DNA of 45,869 nt from a virus, in IMG/VR virus record IMGVR_UViG_2721755987_000001, positions 1-45,869 of that record; one strand, written 5' to 3'. How positions within the stretch are numbered: position 1 is the stretch's first letter; the number at the start of each line of letters is the position of its first letter. The notes beneath the pieces were generated by a model that was given only the letters and a program-made list of their open reading frames with translations, was not told the DNA's origin and made no database searches. The position numbers and the translations under genes are program-made. This document shows, piece by piece, positions 34,470 to 40,614 of the stretch.

Positions 34470-34637
34470 ATGGTCTACACGTTTCGAGCCGAAACCGCTG
34501 AGGCAGCCCAGCACGTAAGGGCGATCGCTCTGAAAGCTGCCAAAACCCTCGACCAGTGGCAAGACGGCGACGCATGGTGGCTCAAGGTTTGGACAGATGA
34601 CCGAGAGCTACCTTGGATCAGGCGATCGCCCACCTAG
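34470..34637 (+). CDS. Hypothetical small protein (55 aa)
   Basis: Track ORF 34419 (GTG) trimmed to ATG 34470, which has GGAGG 9 nt upstream. Confidence 0.4.
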   Translation: MVYTFRAETAEAAQHVRAIALKAAKTLDQWQDGDAWWLKVWTDDRELPWIRRSPT

Positions 34638-34780
34638 ACGAGATCGAGGCTCAGATCCCTGGACTATCCAGGGCTGATGCAGTGCAACTTATCCGCGACT
34701 TTGCCGTGCAGAGCGATCGCCTCCACCTGCTGTCCGATAAATTCGTTCTGCTTGCTGAACGGCTCGGCGAGGACGAATAG
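34613..34780 (+). CDS. Hypothetical small helical protein (55 aa, TTG start; below track cutoff)
   Basis: Own translation: LDQAIAHLDEIEAQIPGLSRADAVQLIRDFAVQSDRLHLLSDKFVLLAERLGEDE. Fills an otherwise empty gap. The start is uncertain. Confidence 0.3.
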   Translation: MDQAIAHLDEIEAQIPGLSRADAVQLIRDFAVQSDRLHLLSDKFVLLAERLGEDE

Positions 34781-34884
34781 TTGCTCACCTTTTATGGGCG
34801 ATCGCCGTCCCCGACCAAAGTTCTGGCGATCGCCCGCGTTGCCCCATTACCGATGCTCATCTTGCCGCCGTTCGGGAAGGAGGA

Positions 34885-35010
34885 ATGATGAAGCTTTTGA
34901 TCTTTTGCCTCTGCCTGACCGTGTTGCTATCCTGCGACCCGACCGATATGGGTTGGGTCAGTTCAACCTTGCTTACGGAGATGACTTATGAACACTCACC
35001 TACTCGGTAG
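34885..35010 (+). CDS. Small lipoprotein (41 aa; below track cutoff)
   Basis: Own translation: MMKLLIFCLCLTVLLSCDPTDMGWVSSTLLTEMTYEHSPTR. Lipobox-like LLSC and a strong RBS GGAAGGAGG. Confidence 0.55.
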   Translation: MMKLLIFCLCLTVLLSCDPTDMGWVSSTLLTEMTYEHSPTR

Positions 35011-35359
35011 CGCCCTTGGAGCGCTGATCACCGCTGCTGCTGTTATTCCGCCCGATGCCCTTGCGCCAGAGGTTTCAGCCGACCCCACCCCGTCGCCGTC
35101 GGCGCTCGGAATGGTCGAAATCGTGCCCGGCAACGGGTTCTATTGGCTGCGAGGCTACAGCTACGCGCCTGGGCAACCGCCGCAGCTTCCCCCCGTTCCC
35201 GTCGGCGCGGCTGGTGTGGTCTACGATGCGACCGGGCGCTGCATTGGTCGATTTGAGGCGCAACAGTTTGTTTTCCTGGATGCCGATTCGGTGCAGTGCG
35301 TCGGTATCCCAACCGCGCCGCCGGTCGTGTACCAATTCGCATCGGGAGAGCAGGGTTAA
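34988..35359 (+). CDS. Secreted/periplasmic protein (123 aa)
   Basis: Signal-peptide-like MNTHLLGSALGALITAAAVIPPDALA. Overlaps the lipoprotein ORF out of frame. Confidence 0.55.
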   Translation: MNTHLLGSALGALITAAAVIPPDALAPEVSADPTPSPSALGMVEIVPGNGFYWLRGYSYAPGQPPQLPPVPVGAAGVVYDATGRCIGRFEAQQFVFLDADSVQCVGIPTAPPVVYQFASGEQG

Positions 35360-35508
35360 TGGGGCATTGGCTTTGCGTGGCAGGCTTGACCCTGCTGCTG
35401 TTGTTTGTCTATAGCCCCCGCAACAGCACCAGCCGCCCCTGGCTGGGACTGTTTGGGGCGATCGCCATCGCATCCCTGACCCAAGCCCGGAGGCAAGATC
35501 ATGAGTGA
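35359..35508 (+). CDS. Small two-TM membrane protein (49 aa)
   Basis: Track ORF 35296 trimmed to ATG 35359 (TAATG coupling). Sequence: MGHWLCVAGLTLLLLFVY...WLGLFGAIAIASL. Confidence 0.45.
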   Translation: MGHWLCVAGLTLLLLFVYSPRNSTSRPWLGLFGAIAIASLTQARRQDHE

Positions 35509-36274
35509 CACCCAAGCGACCGAATCCGCCAAAACACCCTCGACCCCACCCAGCAGCCCAGACCGCCGTGAGAGCGTCAGGCAGGCAATGGAGCGGGCTG
35601 CCCAGAGCCGCGCCAGCAAACCGAGCAATACGACCCCAGAGCGCAAACCCAGCAGCCCCATCCGCTCCGATGCCTACCTGGAGAAGCAGGATCGCGGACA
35701 AAAGGCGATCGCCAAAGGAATTGGCACGTTGCACCTGTTTTTGGGGCTGGCGCTGAGCTGGCTTCGCACCTTCTTTCAGCGCTCTATCCTATCGCTTGTA
35801 GCCATGCTCATTCTGTTGATCGGCATGGCGCTGGCGGCGGAATCCTACAGCCTGAGTGCTGGCACTTTGCCCGCTGCTGTGCTGCCAAAGCCGGGGGTTG
35901 CCTGGGGCGCTGCTGCTGAAAACATTCAGGCAATCCTGAACAGCTTTAGCGGCTGGGAATGGTTTCTGCTGGCTTGCACCTGCTTTTTTGCGATCGCCGT
36001 CCAAGCGATTCAATGGGGCAGCATCCGCTATCTCGGAGCGCGTACCCGTGTTGGTTCCACTGGCGGCAAACTTGCCCTCTCTGGCTGGGCGCTGTTGCCA
36101 TTCGTCATCTTTGTCGGCTTCATCTGGTGGCAAGACCTACAGATCGTGAGCGGGCTGTACCTGGCGCAGGGCTTCACCCTTGGCGGCTTGCTGGTGTGGT
36201 TTTGGGCTGCATTCCCTAGCGAGATTGCTGAGGCATTTATTCAACTGCAAAAATCCCTACCTGCTGAGGACTAA
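35501..36274 (+). CDS. Polytopic membrane protein (257 aa, about 5 TM) with S/P-rich N-terminus
   Basis: ATG overlaps the upstream stop. Hydrophobic helices from residue ~85 onwards. Confidence 0.65.
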   Translation: MSDTQATESAKTPSTPPSSPDRRESVRQAMERAAQSRASKPSNTTPERKPSSPIRSDAYLEKQDRGQKAIAKGIGTLHLFLGLALSWLRTFFQRSILSLVAMLILLIGMALAAESYSLSAGTLPAAVLPKPGVAWGAAAENIQAILNSFSGWEWFLLACTCFFAIAVQAIQWGSIRYLGARTRVGSTGGKLALSGWALLPFVIFVGFIWWQDLQIVSGLYLAQGFTLGGLLVWFWAAFPSEIAEAFIQLQKSLPAED

Positions 36275-36302
36275 CTTGGAATTTATTCAGAGGACTAGAG
36301 CG

Positions 36303-37919
36303 ATGGTCTATGCAACTTGGAAAGACGAGCTACAGGCATTTGAGGCCGACTGCGATCGCCTTCGCAAAGCGCGGCGTGAGAGCTTTCCGATCAAAGTGCT
36401 GGGACTAGCGCCCCTGGCTGCAATCCCGCTGATGGGCAGCTTGCCCGGCGGTCGCAGGCTGCTGGCGTTTGCAGGCATGGCGATCAGCGGGGCATCGCTG
36501 TTGCTGGAGCTTGACCGGCAGCGCGACATCTACGGCGGCAACCTGGCGATCGACCTAAATCCGAATAGCGATTACGACAACCTGGCAGGCGCATTCAAGA
36601 CGCGATCGCCCCGGTGGGAAGCACTCGCCTATCTCTACAGCCAGCTTGACCCGGTGAACCTGAAAGACAAGCTAGGGCAGCTCGACGACCCCACGGCTAA
36701 GCGATGCCTCGACCGGATGCTACGCCGGGTGCGCTCTGGGCTAGATGAGATTCGGGCGCTGAATCCGAACAAACCTGCCTACAGCGACATAGTGCTGGAC
36801 ATCACGGGCGAATGGAAAACCGACACCATTAAGATCCTCGACCGTGCGCTATTCAGCGCAGGCGCGGCCACGCTGGAAGATGTGGATCTGAGCGAGGATG
36901 AGGCGCTGGCGGCGCTTGATGATGTGCGTGTCACTGATGAGGCGATCGCCCCCGTCCCCACTCAGCAGCCCTCGACCGTTGCGCTGTTCAACTGGCATGA
37001 TCTCGCAGCGCGACCCGACTTCTATCCTCATCTGCTGCTATTGGGGAAAACTGGCGCGGGCAAAACTCATTTGGCTGAAAAGCTGCTGAGTCTGCTACCG
37101 GGCGATCGCCTGATCATCAGTCCTCACGTCCGCCCGCATGAGTTCCCAGGTGTGCCAAAGGTTGGGATGGGGCGTGACTATGGCGCTATTGCTGAGGCGC
37201 TGGCAGAGCTAGAGCAGGAAATGCAGCAGCGCTACGAACAGTACGCCAAAGGCATCGATGCTGGGCGCTGGCTGAATGTGGTGATTGATGAATACCCGGC
37301 GATCGCTGCCTACTGCAAAAATGCCAGCGGCGTGATTCAAGTCCTGGCCCGCGAGGCTCGTAAGGTGCGGATCAGGCTGCTGATCCTCAGCCAAGGCGCG
37401 GAGGTCAAGACGCTGGGCATCGAGGGACAGGGCAGCTTGCGCGAGTGCTTCACCTTTTGCCGGGGGCGAGGCTTCGTAGAAGACCACGCGCGGCGACTGA
37501 AAGATGAGGCGATCGCCCGGTGGGTTGCCTCGCAGCCCTTCCCCTGGATGGTGGAAGACCAGTGCGCCGACACCTCGACCCTGGCGGCTGTAGAACCTGT
37601 AGAACCTATGTCCAACAGCGGTTCTACACCCCTCGACAGTGAGCCAGAAGATGAGGGTGAAGCGGTAATAGAGCCGCTGATGCTGCCTGGCATCATGCTC
37701 AGCGATGAGGCGACGCGGCTGCTGGTATGGCTCACCCGCAAAGCGCAACAGGGCAAGCTGTCGCACACCCTGCGAGAGATTCAGCAAGGCAAGCCGCTAG
37801 GCAAGACGGCGGCGCATACCGTTGAGGCGTTGCAGCCGGTGATCAGTGAACTGCTGGCTGCTGGGCTGGTAAGCTTCACCGATGGGGCGATCGCGCTCAA
37901 CGGTTTTGTAGAACCGTAG
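36303..37919 (+). CDS. Membrane-anchored FtsK/SpoIIIE/TraB-like P-loop ATPase with C-terminal winged-helix-like domain (538 aa)
   Basis: Track ORF 36180 trimmed to ATG 36303. Two N-terminal hydrophobic helices. Walker A LLLGKTGAGKTH, Walker B-like WLNVVIDEYP, then ARKVRIRLLILSQGAEV. C-terminus: LSHTLREIQQGKPLGKTAAHTVEALQPVISELLAAGLV. Confidence 0.7.
   Translation: MVYATWKDELQAFEADCDRLRKARRESFPIKVLGLAPLAAIPLMGSLPGGRRLLAFAGMAISGASLLLELDRQRDIYGGNLAIDLNPNSDYDNLAGAFKTRSPRWEALAYLYSQLDPVNLKDKLGQLDDPTAKRCLDRMLRRVRSGLDEIRALNPNKPAYSDIVLDITGEWKTDTIKILDRALFSAGAATLEDVDLSEDEALAALDDVRVTDEAIAPVPTQQPSTVALFNWHDLAARPDFYPHLLLLGKTGAGKTHLAEKLLSLLPGDRLIISPHVRPHEFPGVPKVGMGRDYGAIAEALAELEQEMQQRYEQYAKGIDAGRWLNVVIDEYPAIAAYCKNASGVIQVLAREARKVRIRLLILSQGAEVKTLGIEGQGSLRECFTFCRGRGFVEDHARRLKDEAIARWVASQPFPWMVEDQCADTSTLAAVEPVEPMSNSGSTPLDSEPEDEGEAVIEPLMLPGIMLSDEATRLLVWLTRKAQQGKLSHTLREIQQGKPLGKTAAHTVEALQPVISELLAAGLVSFTDGAIALNGFVEP
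37590..37627. repeat. 8-mer cluster 1: GTAGAACC x2, GTCCAACA, GGTTCTAC (inside the ATPase gene)
   Basis: Exact copies at 37590..37597, 37599..37606, 37610..37617 (reverse complement of TGTTGGAC) and 37620..37627 (reverse complement of GTAGAACC). Confidence 0.85.
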
Positions 37920-38011
37920 AACCTGTTGGACGTGTTGGACGTGTAGAACCGGGGTAAAACACCCCGGTTTTTAGTGCCCGCGATCGGGTTCTACAGTTCT
38001 ACAAGTTCAAC
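37908..38011. repeat. 8-mer cluster 2: GTAGAACC x3, TGTTGGAC x2, GGTTCTAC plus degenerate copies
   Basis: GTAGAACC at 37908, 37916 and 37943. TGTTGGAC at 37924 and 37933. GGTTCTAC at 37987, AGTTCTAC at 37995 and AGTTCAAC at about 38004. The cluster spans the stop codon and terminator. Confidence 0.85.
37949..37972 (+). terminator. Rho-independent terminator after the ATPase gene
   Basis: CCGGGGT-AAAAC-ACCCCGG followed by TTTTT. Confidence 0.75.
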
Positions 38012-38091
38012 AAGCCGCTTTGTATTTGTCACGGGTTCGCAACACAAGCGCTTAGAAATTGACGAAGGGCGATCGCACTGGTAAATTTTAG

Positions 38092-38301
38092 AAAGACGGG
38101 CAATCGACACACGCCCGCACTGGCGCAATCGTTTCAAGCAACACGGGCAATTCCTCAGGCCCGCATCTACACCTTGAGATCACCGACACTAGCGGCAAAG
38201 TTATTGACCCAAAACCGCATATCCCAGACGTGAAAGGGCCGCAGAGCTTCGGCAGTATTGACCCAACCAAATCGGCGCAGTGCCAAAACAAACGACTATG
38301 A
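38092..38301 (+). pseudogene. C-terminal remnant of an M23 (LytM-type) peptidase
   Basis: Own translation of a start-less open frame: ...GAIVSSNTGNSSGPHLHLEITDTSGKVIDPKPHIP... This matches the GSTG.STGPHLHFE...G..VDP motif. No HxxxD region or start codon lies upstream (TAG at 38089). Confidence 0.6.
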
Positions 38302-38308
38302 CCCTCTC

Positions 38309-38326
38309 AGTCCGGAATTCCGGACT
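38309..38326. repeat. Palindrome-family copy 4 (perfect 18-mer)
   Basis: AGTCCGGAATTCCGGACT, again immediately followed by a GC hairpin and T run. Confidence 0.9.
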
Positions 38327-38334
38327 ACGGGAAA

Positions 38335-38359
38335 CCGCGCCGCTTCGCGCGGCTTTTTT
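38335..38359 (+). terminator. Rho-independent terminator
   Basis: CCGCGC-CGCTTC-GCGCGG, then C and TTTTTT. Confidence 0.65.
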
Positions 38360-38426
38360 GTGCTGAAAATTTGAGCCTGCGATAGCTTAAGCGGTAAACA
38401 TCCAAACCCCATCAGGATGTTGCCGA

Positions 38427-38792
38427 ATGCCCTCAATACACAATCACAAAGGCTGGACGATCTTAGTTTTTGACTTAGCTCTTGACTCTGAAAAAAACTG
38501 GAGCTTCTCTTGCTGCCCAAAATCAGGAGAAGCGCTCAATCCTGGCGAGCTATATGCCAATTCTGAGCTGGCCTTGCAAGCGGCGATCGCCTTCATCGAG
38601 CGGCTTTTGGTGCGCTGCCAAATGGCTGATTTACTGGATTCCTGGCTGGAGCTAGGGCAGATCAGCGCCGAAGAGCATCGGCAGGCCAATGAGCTGCTGA
38701 GCAAACTAGCTACCCTGCTTTCACCTCAGCCACCAGCCGTTCCCAAACCACTTGAGCCACCTTCAAAAAATCCTCCCGATTCAGCGCCCTGA
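38427..38792 (+). CDS. Hypothetical protein (121 aa)
   Basis: ATG ORF. Its 3' end overlaps the convergent repressor gene by 83 nt, so the true end or reality of the gene is uncertain. Confidence 0.4.
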   Translation: MPSIHNHKGWTILVFDLALDSEKNWSFSCCPKSGEALNPGELYANSELALQAAIAFIERLLVRCQMADLLDSWLELGQISAEEHRQANELLSKLATLLSPQPPAVPKPLEPPSKNPPDSAP

Positions 38793-39054
38793 GATCTTGA
38801 ATCAGAGCATCTGTGGAGCTTTGGGGAGGTAGCGGAATATTTTCAAGAAACGCTTCCAGCTCGGCGGGCGTGCGGCCAAGACCCCGTGCAATAGCGCTGC
38901 GTGATTCAGCGCCGGGATAGGTTGTGCCATCTAAATAGCTGGTCACAGAGGTTGGGGACAGATCGAGGCGCTTTGCAAGCTGTCTGCCAGAGAGGTTATG
39001 CGTTTGCATGAAATCCAGCAGTAGTTGCCTTAAGCGTTCTTTTCGACCATCCAT
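38710..39054 (-). CDS. XRE-family HTH repressor (CI-like candidate, 114 aa)
   Basis: LSGRQLAKRLDLSPTSVTSYLDGTTYPGAESRSAIARGLG is a classic HTH_3 pattern. Divergent from a small Cro-like ORF and upstream of the replication genes. Confidence 0.7.
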   Translation of the reverse strand: MDGRKERLRQLLLDFMQTHNLSGRQLAKRLDLSPTSVTSYLDGTTYPGAESRSAIARGLGRTPAELEAFLENIPLPPQSSTDALIQDLRALNREDFLKVAQVVWERLVAEVKAG

Positions 39055-39134
39055 TAACGGTGTTTCTCAATGCACTAGCTCGATCTAATCACGCTAGTGG
39101 TGAACAGATTGTGATCATTTTGATGACCGTGGTA

Positions 39135-39162
39135 TTGACATTATGATCAGAGTAGTTACAAA
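39135..39162 (+). promoter_or_regulatory. Putative early promoter with TGATCA operator-like sites
   Basis: TTGACA (39135..39140), 16-nt spacer, TACAAA (39157..39162). ATTnTGATCA occurs at 39108..39117 and 39140..39149. A 7-bp inverted repeat CACTAGC/GCTAGTG lies at 39073/39093. Confidence 0.4.
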
Positions 39163-39224
39163 ATGGTTACTGAGATTGGATCTTTTCGTTCTACTTCCGT
39201 AACCATCTAGACACTCGGACAATA

Positions 39225-39386
39225 ATGGCTCAAACCGGAAAGAAAATGCACATCCCGCTGGCTCTTGTGCCCTTAGTAGAGTCGCTGATCTCGCAGTGGC
39301 GGGAGCAAGTGAAGCTGTCTCAGGAAGAGACATCCAAGCAGTTTGTGGAGGCTGCTGAAACAACTCTGCTGAAAAAGTCCGCATGA
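39225..39386 (+). CDS. Small Cro/RHH-like protein (53 aa; below track cutoff)
   Basis: Own translation: MAQTGKKMHIPLALVPLVESLISQWREQVKLSQEETSKQFVEAAETTLLKKSA. Divergent from the repressor and followed by a strong hairpin. Confidence 0.45.
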   Translation: MAQTGKKMHIPLALVPLVESLISQWREQVKLSQEETSKQFVEAAETTLLKKSA

Positions 39387-39390
39387 AAAA

Positions 39391-39420
39391 GCCGCGCCGA
39401 TCCATTGGATCGGCGCGGCT
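39391..39420. terminator. Strong bidirectional hairpin terminator
   Basis: GCCGCGCCGATCCA-TT-TGGATCGGCGCGGC, flanked by AAAAA upstream and TTT downstream. Confidence 0.7.
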
Positions 39421-39499
39421 TTGCAATAAAAAACCGCTCCCGTGCTTGCCCGGCCCGAAGCGGTTCCTAGTTCTTCGTTCTTCCCTTGAGAGAAGGTAA

Positions 39500-40420
39500 A
39501 TGTTAAGCGGTCTTAAAACAAGAATATCATCCGGCGATAGGCGATCGCCGGTATCATCCAGCCACCTCGTAGCGGTAGGCAGCCTGGGATTAGGGCAGGA
39601 AGTCTGGTGGCTGTCTCGCCGCTGGAAAGTCCTGCAAAAGCAGGCAGAAGGTAGCACAGTGCGGCTGAAGCTGAAAAGCGGCAACCGCTTGGAGACATTT
39701 CGCTTCGTGGCTGAAAAACAGCTAGAAGTTTTCGACCGTACTCGTGTGCAGGAAGCTGCCGATCTGCTGGGCAAAGAGATCCTGGCTAAGTTTCAGCCTG
39801 GGCAGCCTGCGCTGACGGTGCAGGGGCTGGCGATCGCCTGTGGCTATCGCCATGCTGGGCCCGCTTTTAAGGCGGCGCTAGAGCACTTGGTCGAAGAGGG
39901 CAGTCTGCTGAAAATCTATCGGCGCGATCGCCCCTTCTACCGGCTGCCGCTGCCGCATGAGCCGGGGCTGGCGGTAGTTGAAAACTGGGGGCGTGCCAAT
40001 CAGCGCTGCGGCTGGATTGTGGAGTGGAAGCGACTAAACGGCCGGCTGCTGCCCTTGGTGCAGTGGGTGGAATGGGGTGGTACCTCGCCAACCGCCGAGG
40101 AACTGCTGGAGCCAGCCAGCGGCATCGCGCCCGCTATGATCCGAATCCGCATCGCCAAGCAGCTTGCCACGGGCATCCCTCCTCAGCAGTGGGTGGAGGT
40201 GCCCGATTTTTTGTGGCGCTCTCTCGCTAACCAACTCGGCGGCCGGGTCGAGCCGGAGCTGCTGCGCGATGTGGCAGCAGTCCTGGGCTATTGCACTCCA
40301 GAATTGCCAGCAGCACGGGGCTACCGCTTTCGCAACGTGGTGTTTGATTATCTCGATCTTTACTACCCCGGCTGGCGACGGGGCAAGCTCACGTTTCCCA
40401 TTCAAAGGAGGGCTACATGA
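39500..40420 (+). CDS. Hypothetical early protein (306 aa)
   Basis: ATG preceded by GAGAGAAGG. No catalytic motif recognised. Confidence 0.6.
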   Translation: MLSGLKTRISSGDRRSPVSSSHLVAVGSLGLGQEVWWLSRRWKVLQKQAEGSTVRLKLKSGNRLETFRFVAEKQLEVFDRTRVQEAADLLGKEILAKFQPGQPALTVQGLAIACGYRHAGPAFKAALEHLVEEGSLLKIYRRDRPFYRLPLPHEPGLAVVENWGRANQRCGWIVEWKRLNGRLLPLVQWVEWGGTSPTAEELLEPASGIAPAMIRIRIAKQLATGIPPQQWVEVPDFLWRSLANQLGGRVEPELLRDVAAVLGYCTPELPAARGYRFRNVVFDYLDLYYPGWRRGKLTFPIQRRAT

Positions 40421-40601
40421 TCAACTTTTTGGCTTGGGCGAAATTGTCATCACTCAGCAGTTGGCGACTTCGCAGCATGGCGATTTTATCAAGGCAGGCG
40501 CTTGGTGATTGATCGAGCAGGTCGTGCTGCTCGACGGCGGCTGGCAATACTCCATCGTGCATGGCGATCGCCCTTGTTTTCGTATGAGTTTCTGTTTCCA
40601 C
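40413..40601 (-). CDS. Possible small reverse-oriented ORF (62 aa)
   Basis: It exactly fills the gap between two + strand genes. There is no other support. Confidence 0.25.
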   Translation of the reverse strand: METETHTKTRAIAMHDGVLPAAVEQHDLLDQSPSACLDKIAMLRSRQLLSDDNFAQAKKLIM

Positions 40602-40614
40602 ACAAGTTTCCGCA

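Noticed and set aside
34885-35359. Lipoprotein plus overlapping periplasmic protein read as an o-spanin/i-spanin pair.
   Set aside because: The order is reversed relative to known overlapped spanins. The larger protein has a cleavable-looking signal rather than a TM anchor. The pair is far from the endolysin and embedded in the translocase operon. This reading is not excluded, only not adopted.
38059-38359. Candidate ~265-nt ncRNA, bracketed by a good promoter and terminator with no listed ORF.
   Set aside because: Translating the start-less frame revealed an M23 peptidase C-terminal signature, so the region is better explained as a gene remnant. The transcript may still exist.
39115-39774. 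219-aa minus-strand ORF spanning the immunity intergenic region. The same reasoning applies to 35075..35734 (minus strand).
   Set aside because: It crosses promoters, a strong terminator hairpin and the start of well-supported + strand genes. It has no RBS or motif support.
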